Made by a program: the position numbers and the translations under genes. The notes under the pieces were generated by a model, which made no database searches, was not told where the DNA came from, and saw nothing but the letters and a program-made list of their open reading frames with translations. A stretch of DNA of 33,474 nt, taken from positions 1 to 33,474 of IMG/VR virus record IMGVR_UViG_3300043447_000044. One strand, written 5' to 3'. Shown piece after piece: positions 1-8,307 of this stretch (position 1 is its first letter; the number at the start of each line of letters is the position of its first letter). The stretch is from a virus. Lineage: Duplodnaviria > Caudoviricetes.

Positions 1-2
1 CA

Positions 3-200
3 TTAACCACCACGACCAGCTGCACGTTGTACTGGACGAGCAGCAATACGATTTACTGATTGTTTAACGAGTTTAGTGGCTTCTCCTTTGCTGAATCCTT
101 TAGCTTGGAGTTGTTTTCGAGCCTTCTTCTTGGACTTCTTAAGAAGTTTCTCTGCATGCCACTTATCAGCGAATGTCATTGGTTTGATTTCTTCTGTCAT
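3..200 (-). CDS. small basic hypothetical protein
   Basis: 65-aa Lys/Arg-rich ORF; start overlaps the upstream stop (ATGA). Confidence 0.6.
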   Translation of the reverse strand: MTEEIKPMTFADKWHAEKLLKKSKKKARKQLQAKGFSKGEATKLVKQSVNRIAARPVQRAAGRGG

Positions 201-886
201 AGTTCTGTGTGTCCCATAGATGTTAAGTATTCGTCGTTCTTTTCCAGTTCTTTTAAGAAGTCTTCGTAAATACGATGGATGTTAGAAACAATCATTAAAC
301 GCTCTTGATAGATTGGTTTCTGATAATCCGTTGGTTCTACAAAGTGTACGAGATAACCTGGATTTATAATCATCATACCTTCTTCAATTTTAATTCGCTT
401 AAACGGACTAAATTGATTGGTATAATTTACACCACCACGTGGATCTAGAATCACCAAATAGCCTGGATTTTCTTCATTCAAGTTGATATAGAAAATACCA
501 GCACCCAGTGTAGCACCATGGTGATGTGGTGTAATTCTGTATGCTGAGTCTGGATGGATGTGACGGAAATAACCCTTTGCGATTCTCATCGGAGGCAAAG
601 GCATCTCTGCGTCTGGACGGAAAACTCTCTCTGATGTTTCGAGCATTTTCTGTTTGACCATAAGCATGGTCTCTGGCAGATTAGGTAACTGCCAAATATC
701 TACACTATTCTTATTAGCAATAGGGAGAATAAGTTTAACATCTTCCTTCAATTGCTGAAGGAATGCATCGTCGAATGGTTTACTGATTGATACTGGAGTA
801 GACCATAGGTGGTGAATAGTTTCTTCACCATTATATTTAAGTACTGTGACGCTACCATCAGCGCACTTTACATCATCTTTAGGCAT
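197..886 (-). CDS. putative 2OG-Fe(II) oxygenase (TIGR02466-like)
   Basis: PHHH...GIFYI...DPRG...PGYLVHFV...ERLMIVSN motif pattern; TATAAATA upstream. Confidence 0.7.
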   Translation of the reverse strand: MPKDDVKCADGSVTVLKYNGEETIHHLWSTPVSISKPFDDAFLQQLKEDVKLILPIANKNSVDIWQLPNLPETMLMVKQKMLETSERVFRPDAEMPLPPMRIAKGYFRHIHPDSAYRITPHHHGATLGAGIFYINLNEENPGYLVILDPRGGVNYTNQFSPFKRIKIEEGMMIINPGYLVHFVEPTDYQKPIYQERLMIVSNIHRIYEDFLKELEKNDEYLTSMGHTEL

Positions 887-910
887 AGTAATCTCGTAAT
901 TGTAGTAATG

Positions 911-918
911 TATTTATA
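911..918 (-). promoter_or_regulatory. T4-type late promoter
   Basis: TATAAATA 25 nt upstream of the start at 886. Confidence 0.65.
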
Positions 919-1005
919 CCATATTGAACTATACTCAAATATAGTTTAATATAGTGTCTGGTGATTACGCACACCAGACAATGCGCCCGCCCCTAAGCGA
1001 CTAGG

Positions 1006-2433
1006 TTAAACCAAGTCATAACGTGGATTCATCAATGCCTTCAGCATGATTGCTTCTGGAGTGAATTGCTCAGTGTCGCCACCAAGAACCGCTACCATGA
1101 TAGCTGGGCTGAACCCAGATACCAAAGCCACACCACGTGTATCGTACTTAACTGGGACGTTATCCTTAGCGTTAAGATTCCAGAACACGATCTTTGGCAG
1201 TTCGTATCCTGCATCTTCGAACTTGCGAGACATCATCTTCATCGCTGAGTCGTCGAAACGAGCACATTGATCGAATTGCATGTCTGACATGATCAGAAGC
1301 ATTTCTGGCATTTCTTCTTGAGGAACATTACCATTCTTGGCAGTAGACAGGATCTTGTCCATAGCCTTAACCAAGTCAGTATTCATGTTCCAGCTAGAAG
1401 ATGCCATTTGTTGACATTTCTCAACGATGTTACCCTTCAGATGCAAAAGTTCTGGATTGCCAGAGAAAGTCAGGAATGTATCCTTGAACTTACCCTTGTT
1501 CTTGTCGGCAACGTACAATCCCAGAGAGATCGCAACATCCATACAAGTAGTCACTGACTTAGAGCCAGAACCACCTGCTGGGCAACTCATGGAGCCAGAA
1601 ACGTCTACCAAAGGCAACACGTTAGCGTCACCGATGAAGTTTTCCATAGCTTCCCATTGCTTTTGCACAACAACCAATTCGTTTGCGCTGAACTTGTTAC
1701 GGTATGAACCGATAACACCCTTCAACACATCGTATGGGAACACTGCACCAGCGTTTACCTTAACTTTTGGGTCATCACCCTTAACCAAAGCAGTTACGTA
1801 CTCAGCGTACTTTGAAGTGTTACGTCCAAAAGCCTTCTTGTAACGAGCATGTGCCACTGATGGAACGTGAGAGAAGTTGATTTCATCCCACTCCTTGGCA
1901 CACATGCTTTGTTCAACCACTTTAGTCATTTCGACCAAAGACTTACGGTAGAACTTAGGTGACATACCGAAGAACTCACGAATTTCTCGTGCGACTTCAC
2001 CTTTACGTGGAGTCCATTTTGCAGCCAAACCATTCTTAGCACGCAATGCGTCACCAAGCATAGTGTAGGCTTGTGCCTTCAGAGGCTGAGTCTTGAAGAC
2101 GAACAAGTCATCCCAACGACCAACTTCTGGTACTTTCGCCAGTAGCTTTGCAGCTAGATCTGGACGAGTGTTTTCTAATTGAACCATGATTTGACGGAAC
2201 AATTCACGTTCACCAGCACCACCACGTGCGTCACGTAGCCACAAAGCCAAGCGCAAGGCAAGGTCTTGATCTTCTACTAGAGCAGCAGTGAATTCTCGGG
2301 TGATGTTCTTGCCACGTGATGCGCCAGCTTTGAAGAACAGGTCTACAAGAGCATTGGCAGTGGACTTACGAGCAAGCATACCATTTTCGGTACGTGCTTC
2401 TTGATTAACAACGGCATTAACAAAAGTGTTCAT
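1006..2433 (-). CDS. Ro60/TROVE-like (DUF2828-type) RNA-binding protein with C-terminal vWA domain
   Basis: TENG...LRDARGGAGER...GRWDDL...AAKW N-terminal motifs; vWA MIDAS DVSGSM, SDMQFD, IVFWNL, SGFS. Confidence 0.8.
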   Translation of the reverse strand: MNTFVNAVVNQEARTENGMLARKSTANALVDLFFKAGASRGKNITREFTAALVEDQDLALRLALWLRDARGGAGERELFRQIMVQLENTRPDLAAKLLAKVPEVGRWDDLFVFKTQPLKAQAYTMLGDALRAKNGLAAKWTPRKGEVAREIREFFGMSPKFYRKSLVEMTKVVEQSMCAKEWDEINFSHVPSVAHARYKKAFGRNTSKYAEYVTALVKGDDPKVKVNAGAVFPYDVLKGVIGSYRNKFSANELVVVQKQWEAMENFIGDANVLPLVDVSGSMSCPAGGSGSKSVTTCMDVAISLGLYVADKNKGKFKDTFLTFSGNPELLHLKGNIVEKCQQMASSSWNMNTDLVKAMDKILSTAKNGNVPQEEMPEMLLIMSDMQFDQCARFDDSAMKMMSRKFEDAGYELPKIVFWNLNAKDNVPVKYDTRGVALVSGFSPAIMVAVLGGDTEQFTPEAIMLKALMNPRYDLV

Positions 2434-2472
2434 ATATTTCTTTCAAGTAACAGGCGAGGATTCGCCTAAAGA

Positions 2473-2649
2473 CAACAGGTTAGTTTCCTTCTTTTTGTTT
2501 TGTCAGTGAGAACTCGAAACTCACTTAGAAAGAGCAGTCACACGATAGCCACCTTCAAAGCCCATACAGGCTCCAGCGACTAACATCAGCATCTTTCAGT
2601 TCGTAGTGGTAGCTTTCGCCACCATTAGTATGTTTGCTGAACCTAACCT
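2473..2649 (-). ncRNA. CAGCA-family structured RNA 1 (candidate Y-like RNA / leader of the Ro60-like gene)
   Basis: AGGTTAG-GTT-CAGCAA...CTAACCT-GTTG closing stem; own sigma70 promoter; internal hairpins including GTGAG-TTTCGAGTT-CTCAC. Confidence 0.6.
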
Positions 2650-2660
2650 AACGAAACTCT

Positions 2661-2689
2661 ATTCTACATCAACTGAAGAATAAAGTCAA
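2661..2689 (-). promoter_or_regulatory. sigma70-type promoter
   Basis: TTGACT-N17-TAGAAT. Confidence 0.8.
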
Positions 2690-2692
2690 CAA

Positions 2693-2966
2693 CAACGGGA
2701 TGTTCGGGTTAATGATTTTAGTTTCTTAAACTATCGTGCTCCTTTCGGCTTAGCCCCACGAGAATCGTCCAGTTCACTGGCATAACCTATGCGATAGGTA
2801 CGTTGGTACACATTCGGGTGTAACTCTCTGAATCCTAATAGGGTTCACAAGGCATAAGAGCATGCAAGAATCTTTACCAGCCTAGTTTCAGTTATTACGC
2901 CTTACGACGTTTCCTCCTATTGAAACTACTCTTAGACAGTATATTTTAATATGCTGTAATCATCCC
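2693..2966 (-). ncRNA. CAGCA-family structured RNA 2 (candidate Y-like RNA)
   Basis: GGGATG-ATTA-CAGCA...CATCCC-GTTG closing stem; many short hairpins; own promoter; no long ORF. Confidence 0.6.
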
Positions 2967-2978
2967 AATTCAGACTAA

Positions 2979-3007
2979 ATTATACATCAACTTACATTGC
3001 AAGTCAA
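2979..3007 (-). promoter_or_regulatory. sigma70-type promoter
   Basis: TTGACT-N17-TATAAT. Confidence 0.85.
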
Positions 3008-3010
3008 CAC

Positions 3011-3493
3011 TTATGCTGCTTTGCGATTAGACAAGATGTGTTTCATTCTGTCAGCGCAGTAAGATGCAGCGAATGCGTTTGGTTTAACCAAAGGAATCAC
3101 GTTGCACATACCACGAATGTAGCCAGTTGCTTCGTTGATAACGCAAGAACTACCATGCATTTCGTTAGGGTTGATGTCCAAGTGGACTTCCACTTCTCTA
3201 TCTTCCAAAACATCATGTAGTTTTTGATACAACTCTGCAATCTTGTAAACTTCATTCATCAAACGCATACGTGGACGATTCTTCTTTTGATCGTAGTCAC
3301 GTTCACGTTGTACTTCACCGAAAATCTTGCAGCCGTGTTTACCATCAATGTGAACAACAACAGCAAGCGTGTAATCTGCATACCAGTCTTTACCAATATT
3401 AAATCGTTCAGAATCTCCACCAATGTAGATTTTAGTTTCTGGACTTTGAGTCTCGATGAATGCTTTAACTTCATCGATATCGATTTTACGCAT
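3011..3493 (-). CDS. RNase H-like YkuK/DUF458 family protein
   Basis: KIYIGGDS...VHLDIN...KPNAFAASYCADR motifs. Confidence 0.8.
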   Translation of the reverse strand: MRKIDIDEVKAFIETQSPETKIYIGGDSERFNIGKDWYADYTLAVVVHIDGKHGCKIFGEVQRERDYDQKKNRPRMRLMNEVYKIAELYQKLHDVLEDREVEVHLDINPNEMHGSSCVINEATGYIRGMCNVIPLVKPNAFAASYCADRMKHILSNRKAA

Positions 3494-3523
3494 ATTACAC
3501 CTCTTTTCACCTCATTAAAAAAT

Positions 3524-3597
3524 TGGAGCGGGATGCGAGAATCGAACTCGCAACTCTAACTTGGAAGGATAGCATTTTACCACTAAACTAATCCCGC
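3524..3597 (-). tRNA. tRNA-Gly(TCC)
   Basis: cloverleaf, loop CTTCCAA, encoded CCA. Confidence 0.95.
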
Positions 3598-3603
3598 AAT
3601 ATT

Positions 3604-3680
3604 TGGCGAGCCGAGAGGGATTCGAACCCCCAACATATGGTTTTGGAGACCATCGTTCTGCCAATTGGAACTATCGACTC
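3604..3680 (-). tRNA. tRNA-Trp(CCA)
   Basis: cloverleaf, loop CTCCAAA, CCA end. Confidence 0.95.
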
Positions 3681-3841
3681 AATTGTGTCAAGACCTCTTG
3701 GGTCTCATCATTATTTCGAGTCAGCTTTTCTTCTGCCTCGCAATTCTGTTTCTTCTTGTTACCCCAGATAGCATCATATCCGTTGTCCCATTTATCTTTA
3801 TCTTCTGGACGACGTTTGTCGCCTTTACCACCATCACTCAT
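3671..3841 (-). CDS. small hypothetical phage protein (56 aa, MSDGGKGDKRRP...), below ORF-track cutoff
   Basis: GGAG SD; hand translation; stop overlaps the 5' end of tRNA-Trp. Confidence 0.65.
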   Translation of the reverse strand: MSDGGKGDKRRPEDKDKWDNGYDAIWGNKKKQNCEAEEKLTRNNDETQEVLTQLSR

Positions 3842-3843
3842 AG

Positions 3844-4458
3844 TTACTCCATAGAAATATAAAAATTTTGTACTATTCTAGTACTCTGTTTCTCTGACAT
3901 CTTAGATCTGTATTTGGTTCCAGCAGTCCAAGAAACCATTCTATTTTGTATATTCTTAGCTTCTGCTACTTCGTAGAAGTTTTTACTATACTCTATTAGT
4001 TGTTGTTGATCAAACGTATAACATTTATTCAGTGTCATATCAAATTCTGTTTCTTTATCCCAACCAGAAGACTTATGCGTATTATAGAATTTAATACCTG
4101 TATCTAAGTCTAGTGCTGGTGTAAGGTAAATTAAACCACAATGAATTAGTTTATAGTCTTTTATTGTTATATCACACACATTAGGATTTCTACCATCAAT
4201 ATGTATTAAACCAGCATTTCTTTCTGGATCGTAAGTATGTTTGGTGAAATAAGTTTCGACTTTAACCTTCGAACGATCAACACCATGCATATTGCAGATA
4301 GCATTAGAGAAGTTATCATATAAAGTTTTATCAATATTATATAACTGCGTGCTACGTAATCCAATACCACATCCACCGACATTACATTCTTCGTCAGATA
4401 ATGCTAGAACATATTCTATGTCAGTATAAAAATTATCTAATATTTTTATCATTATCAA
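3844..4458 (-). CDS. 2OG-Fe(II) oxygenase-like protein (possibly degenerate)
   Basis: ILDNFY...IHID...GLIYLTP...NRMV; distal His not evident. Confidence 0.55.
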   Translation of the reverse strand: MIMIKILDNFYTDIEYVLALSDEECNVGGCGIGLRSTQLYNIDKTLYDNFSNAICNMHGVDRSKVKVETYFTKHTYDPERNAGLIHIDGRNPNVCDITIKDYKLIHCGLIYLTPALDLDTGIKFYNTHKSSGWDKETEFDMTLNKCYTFDQQQLIEYSKNFYEVAEAKNIQNRMVSWTAGTKYRSKMSEKQSTRIVQNFYISME

Positions 4459-4900
4459 TAAACCTAAAAACAGTTGTTATTCTCTCACCACTAGTAACTT
4501 GATGTACTCCATGCTCATATATTTCAGTACCAACACCAGCTGGGAATATCAACAATGTATTTTTCTTAGGTTTCATAATGATATTCAACGTCGGTAGATA
4601 GAAATCTCCACCAGTATAATTATCACTACAGAATAAGATACCTGTTTTCTTCCACGCTTTCCATTCGTCTATTGGTCCAAAATCAACATGCTGTGGTGAG
4701 TAAGAACCTGTGGTGTAAATTAATGTTTCACTAAATGTTACATTACCAAAATCCTTAATCTGCTTGAATGGTAGTTTAGCGTGTTTTATTGTATTAACAT
4801 TGGGAGAATACTCAACAGCTTCTGCCTTAGATTTATCCAAGGAAACTAAAAAGTTATCTAACTCTTCCAGATCAAGATAGTCGGGGATTATAGTTATCAT
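4433..4900 (-). CDS. 2OG-Fe(II) oxygenase (prolyl-hydroxylase-like)
   Basis: HVD...YTGGDF...HGVHQVTSGERIT; start moved to MITII because the longer ORF overlaps a tRNA. Confidence 0.8.
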   Translation of the reverse strand: MITIIPDYLDLEELDNFLVSLDKSKAEAVEYSPNVNTIKHAKLPFKQIKDFGNVTFSETLIYTTGSYSPQHVDFGPIDEWKAWKKTGILFCSDNYTGGDFYLPTLNIIMKPKKNTLLIFPAGVGTEIYEHGVHQVTSGERITTVFRFIDNDKNIR

Positions 4901-4905
4901 AGTTT

Positions 4906-4981
4906 TGGTGCTGCTTGTCGGGTTCGAACTGACGACCTCATCATTACTAGTGATGTGCTCTACCAACTGAGCTAAAGCAGC
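4906..4981 (-). tRNA. tRNA-Thr(AGT)
   Basis: cloverleaf, CATCA-CTAGTAA-TGATG anticodon arm, CCA. Confidence 0.9.
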
Positions 4982-4987
4982 ATTTTA

Positions 4988-5593
4988 TTAAATTGGAATC
5001 CAGTGGTTAAGATCAAAACAATGCGGTAATTTGAACAATACATCTGCTGGAATAATATCAAACGCTATTGTTATTCTAGGTTTGTCTTCATTCCACTCAG
5101 AAGATCTATGTTCATCACCATCACTGGGGCTAATAACAAGCAGATTATCTTTGCTTGGTATTTCTATTTCTTGTTCATTCACTCTGTATGTAGTCTTAGA
5201 GTTTGGCTCAGTGTCTACACAATAAAATCCATGCCAAGTATCATACTTCTCTGGCCAATGACGGTGCCAATCAATAAACTCACCTCTACGATAAAAATTT
5301 AACCATGCCTGTGCATAGTATTTTCTATCATTGATACCATCTCTATGATATCTACATTGATGAAATGTTTCTTTGATGCTATTAAACAAGTCATGAGAAC
5401 CTGGAACTGCATACATAAAATAATTGTACTTAGTGTACAAATCATAGAGCATAGTAGATTGACCATTATGATCGTCTTCACTAAAACTTCTCTTAATGAA
5501 TTCATACATTATGTTAGCAGAATTTCTCTGCTGTTCTATGTTCAACTCAAGATTTCTTGTGTACACATATTCGTTGTGTAATTGCAGATCCAC
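4988..5593 (-). CDS. putative 2OG-Fe(II) oxygenase
   Basis: AWLN...DWHRH...HGFY...HRS...RITIAFD; GTG start with GGAG SD. Confidence 0.7.
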   Translation of the reverse strand: MDLQLHNEYVYTRNLELNIEQQRNSANIMYEFIKRSFSEDDHNGQSTMLYDLYTKYNYFMYAVPGSHDLFNSIKETFHQCRYHRDGINDRKYYAQAWLNFYRRGEFIDWHRHWPEKYDTWHGFYCVDTEPNSKTTYRVNEQEIEIPSKDNLLVISPSDGDEHRSSEWNEDKPRITIAFDIIPADVLFKLPHCFDLNHWIPI

Positions 5594-5609
5594 ATCTTCT
5601 CCATTATCT

Positions 5610-5685
5610 TGGCTCCCCTACGTGGGCTCGAACCACGGACATTTTGATTAACAGTCAAACGCTCTACCAACTGAGCTATAGGAGA
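5610..5685 (-). tRNA. tRNA-Asn(GTT)
   Basis: cloverleaf, loop CTGTTAA, CCA. Confidence 0.95.
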
Positions 5686-5692
5686 ATAAACT

Positions 5693-5776
5693 TGGTGCCC
5701 CCAGCGAGACTCGAACTCGCACGCCTCTCGGCACTGGCTTCTAAGACCAGCGTGTCTGCCATTCCACCACAGGGGC
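5693..5776 (-). tRNA. tRNA-Leu(TAG)
   Basis: loop CTTAGAA, long variable arm, CCA. Confidence 0.95.
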
Positions 5777-5794
5777 ATTCATTACTACTTATAT

Positions 5795-5871
<77 letters not shown>

Positions 5872-5877
5872 ATAAAT

Positions 5878-5952
5878 TGGTGCATCGTGACAGTTTCGAA
5901 CTGCCGACCCGCTGCGTGTAAGGCAGCCGCTCTACCACTGAGCTAACGATGC
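5878..5952 (-). tRNA. tRNA-Val(TAC)
   Basis: loop CTTACAC, CCA. Confidence 0.95.
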
Positions 5953-6007
5953 GAAATTAGTTACACACTACTTATCTTATTATACGCCATGTGTAAGGGC
6001 GAGGCTC

Positions 6008-6082
6008 TGGTGGTGATAGAGAGACTTGAACTCCCAACAATCACCGTATGAAGGTGGTGTTCTACCATTGAACTATATCACC
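6008..6082 (-). tRNA. tRNA-Met(CAT), probably elongator
   Basis: loop TTCATAC, CCA. Confidence 0.85.
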
Positions 6083-6182
6083 ATATTGAAACACACTTAT
6101 CGGAATTGAACCGATGACCAGAGTAAGACTCCAGCTATGCTCCACATAAACGCTTAGCCTCAGCGTCAGTATGCTTCAATAT
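6083..6182 (-). ncRNA. tRNA-like RNA with a 15-bp terminal stem and no canonical anticodon loop
   Basis: ATATTGAAGCATACT/AGTGTGTTTCAATAT stem; D-like arm; ATCGG-TTCAATT-CCGAT T-arm. Confidence 0.55.
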
Positions 6183-6256
6183 GGTGCCCCAGTACGGAAT
6201 TGAACCGCATTTTGATGCTTACAAGGCAACTGTAATAGCCATTATACTACAAGGGC
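6182..6256 (-). tRNA. tRNA-Thr(TGT)
   Basis: loop CTTGTAA, CCA. Confidence 0.9.
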
Positions 6257-6260
6257 AAAA

Positions 6261-6380
6261 TAACAGAATCGCTTTTTACGTGCTACCATTACACCACACA
6301 GAAGACCAACTCTGCGCTGGGATTCGAACCCAGACCCTCTTTTTTACAGAAAGATTATTTTAATTGCTGTAACGATTCTA
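6261..6380 (-). ncRNA. CAGCA-family RNA containing a circularly permuted tRNA-Tyr(GTA)-like domain (YrlA-like)
   Basis: order anticodon arm, T-arm, loop-closed acceptor stem, D-arm inside an AGAATCG/CGATTCT stem. Confidence 0.75.
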
Positions 6381-6391
6381 ATGGTCTTAAT

Positions 6392-6466
6392 TGGTTGCGG
6401 GTCGTGGTAACGCTCCACGCTCGAGATGGCTTATGAGACCATTCGGGTCAACTTGACCTACCCGCA
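6392..6466 (-). tRNA. tRNA-Met(CAT), initiator-like, atypical
   Basis: TGCGGGT/ACCCGCA-ACCA acceptor resembles fMet; loop CTCATAA; short D-arm; T-loop AGCGTTA. Confidence 0.7.
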
Positions 6467-6474
6467 ATAATAAA

Positions 6475-6668
6475 TTTGTAAGTTGTTCCACCACGTTATT
6501 GGAACCATTCACCCATCAGTTATGTGCACAGGGAGTCGGTACGCTACTTGGGATACTTGACAGATGCTTCTAGGTTTTGCTAGGGTATTGCGCCCCTCAT
6601 CTCTTTACACTGCATGGATCTTCGAAGAATCCTTAGCAGTGTGTCTTTCTCTTGCTAACACTTACAAA
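6475..6668 (-). ncRNA. unidentified structured RNA (~195 nt)
   Basis: TTTGTAAGT/ACTTACAAA closing stem with nested hairpins; fills a tRNA spacer. Confidence 0.5.
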
Positions 6669-6671
6669 ACT

Positions 6672-6746
6672 TGGCGGTCTCAGGGGGTAACGATCCCCCT
6701 CCTCAGCAGTGACAGTGCTGTGTGCGTCCATGAACACCTTGAGACC
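6672..6746 (-). tRNA. tRNA-Asp(GTC)
   Basis: loop CTGTCAC, CCA; T-loop ATCGTTA. Confidence 0.9.
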
Positions 6747-6872
6747 TGAATATGTGGCATTACGAACTTTAGCCGTATCTCTACGTGGATACCGAAAAGA
6801 ACAACTGGCGTTGCCCCGATTAACACGCCTGTCTCTAAAACAGGATTAACAAGCAGCTGACGCTGCCCGAAC

Positions 6873-6958
6873 TGGTGGAGATTCTTGGAATCGAACCAAG
6901 TGTGCCATAAGGCGACGGATTTACAGTCCGCTGCAGTCACCAATGCTGCTCAATCTCC
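6873..6958 (-). tRNA. tRNA-Tyr(GTA)
   Basis: loop CTGTAAA, long variable arm, CCA. Confidence 0.95.
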
Positions 6959-6964
6959 ATAATA

Positions 6965-7040
6965 TGGTACTCCGTGGGGGAATCGAACCCCTCCTTCCTG
7001 CCGTGAAAGGGCAGTGTCCTAGCCGATAGACGAACGGAGC
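6965..7040 (-). tRNA. tRNA-Glu(TTC)
   Basis: loop CTTTCAC, CCA. Confidence 0.95.
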
Positions 7041-7057
7041 ATTTCAAACTAAACATT

Positions 7058-7086
7058 ATTATACATCAACCTGCCCTGCAAGTCAA
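7058..7086 (-). promoter_or_regulatory. sigma70-type promoter internal to the tRNA array
   Basis: TTGACT-N17-TATAAT; spacer ends GTTGATG as in the promoters at 2661 and 2979. Confidence 0.85.
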
Positions 7087-7094
7087 CAACTAAC

Positions 7095-7172
7095 TGGAAT
7101 CTGGGGTGGGATTTGAACCCACGACTTTACGGATTTGCAATCCGTTCCAATTGACCACTCTGGCACCCAGAC
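7095..7172 (-). tRNA. tRNA-Cys(GCA)
   Basis: loop TTGCAAA, U73, CCA. Confidence 0.95.
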
Positions 7173-7179
7173 ATAAATT

Positions 7180-7254
7180 TGGTGGGCTGACTGAGAATTG
7201 AACTCAGACTCGATCGATTATGAGTCGACTGCTTTACCATTAAGCTATCAGCCC
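7180..7254 (-). tRNA. tRNA-Ile2(CAT, lysidine type)
   Basis: CGACTCATAATCG arm typical of Ile2; CCA. Confidence 0.85.
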
Positions 7255-7257
7255 GAA

Positions 7258-7334
7258 TGGTGCGCCCAGAGGGATTCGAACCCCCGACATGCGGTGTAGA
7301 AGACCGCTGTTCTATCCAGCTGAACTATAGGCGC
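7258..7334 (-). tRNA. tRNA-Arg(TCT)
   Basis: loop CTTCTAC, CCA. Confidence 0.95.
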
Positions 7335-7340
7335 ATAACT

Positions 7341-7424
7341 TGGTGCGAGAAGAGGGACTCGAACCCTCAAGCCTGACGGCGGCAGATTTTAAGTCTGCTG
7401 TGTATACCATTCCACCATTCTCGC
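7341..7424 (-). tRNA. tRNA-Leu(TAA)
   Basis: loop CTTAAAA, long variable arm, CCA. Confidence 0.95.
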
Positions 7425-7428
7425 AATT

Positions 7429-7517
7429 TGGCGGAGAGTGTGGGAATCGAACCCACGCACCGTATCACTACGATGACAGATTAGCAATCTGCTGCATTAC
7501 CATCCTGCCCACTCTCC
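7429..7517 (-). tRNA. tRNA-Ser(GCT)
   Basis: loop TTGCTAA, long variable arm, G73, CCA. Confidence 0.95.
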
Positions 7518-7519
7518 AT

Positions 7520-7648
7520 TTATCTTATACGTCTTATCAGTCTCAACCAATAATACTTCAATCCACGAATCGGGATGTCAAACGCAAAGCCCACTTCTTT
7601 AGGAATGGAGCCATACGCTTTGTTCAATGTGTCTTCTGCTTTTGGCAT
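7520..7648 (-). CDS. small hypothetical protein (42 aa, MPKAEDTLNK...LRLIRRIR)
   Basis: AGGAG SD; hand translation; fills the gap exactly. Confidence 0.55.
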   Translation of the reverse strand: MPKAEDTLNKAYGSIPKEVGFAFDIPIRGLKYYWLRLIRRIR

Positions 7649-7663
7649 TCCATTCTCCTAATG

Positions 7664-8221
7664 TTAGTGATTACCTTTTGTCTTGAAGCCCACGATACCA
7701 CCTTCGTCATTGATTCGTTGAATCACGTCTTCAAACAAGATGGGTCTGAAGTCTGTTTGTTCGACGCAGACGCAGTGGTATCGTGGATCAACTTTCGTTC
7801 CTTGCATCACTCGGTTGCTGTGAGTATGTCCATGGATGTTAGTGCCAAAACGCTCTAACTGACTTTCGTGCACAGGGATGTGACTTAAAATCATTCCATT
7901 CATCACATGGTATCCACGAATGTCTCTGAAGAACGGAGTGTATTCTTCCATTCTAAAGATGTCATGGTTACCTTTGATTAAGACTTTATCACCATTTAAG
8001 CGATGCATAATCTTTAATGCTTTGCGGTTGATAACGACATCGCCTAAGTGATAAACTTTATCAGTTGGCTTTACTGTTTCGTTCCAACGCTTTACCATTT
8101 CTTCGTCCATTTCTTCTGGACTGTCCCATGGTCTTAACTTCGTAACACCATCGGCTTGCATGAACTTACATACGCCTAAGTGTCCGAAGTGCGTATCACT
8201 TGTTAAAAATACACTTGGCAT
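7664..8221 (-). CDS. calcineurin-like metallophosphoesterase
   Basis: SDTHFGH, HLGD, GNHD, HGHTH; GGAG SD before MPSVF. Confidence 0.9.
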   Translation of the reverse strand: MPSVFLTSDTHFGHLGVCKFMQADGVTKLRPWDSPEEMDEEMVKRWNETVKPTDKVYHLGDVVINRKALKIMHRLNGDKVLIKGNHDIFRMEEYTPFFRDIRGYHVMNGMILSHIPVHESQLERFGTNIHGHTHSNRVMQGTKVDPRYHCVCVEQTDFRPILFEDVIQRINDEGGIVGFKTKGNH

Positions 8222-8243
8222 AATATACTCCATTTAGGTTAAA

Positions 8244-8302
8244 CAACAGGATCCTTATTTTTCAATTACAAGTTGAATTTTTTTGATTGCTGGACGGATC
8301 CT
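8244..8302 (-). ncRNA. CAGCA-family mini-RNA with a Thr(TGT) anticodon stem-loop
   Basis: AGGATCC-GTC-CAGCAA...TTCAA-CTTGTAA-TTGAA...GGATCCT-GTTG. Confidence 0.7.
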
Positions 8303-8307
8303 AAAAG

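Noticed and set aside
2693-2966. tmRNA or RNase P RNA
   Set aside because: No tRNA-Ala-like ends with CCA and no RNase P P4 signature seen
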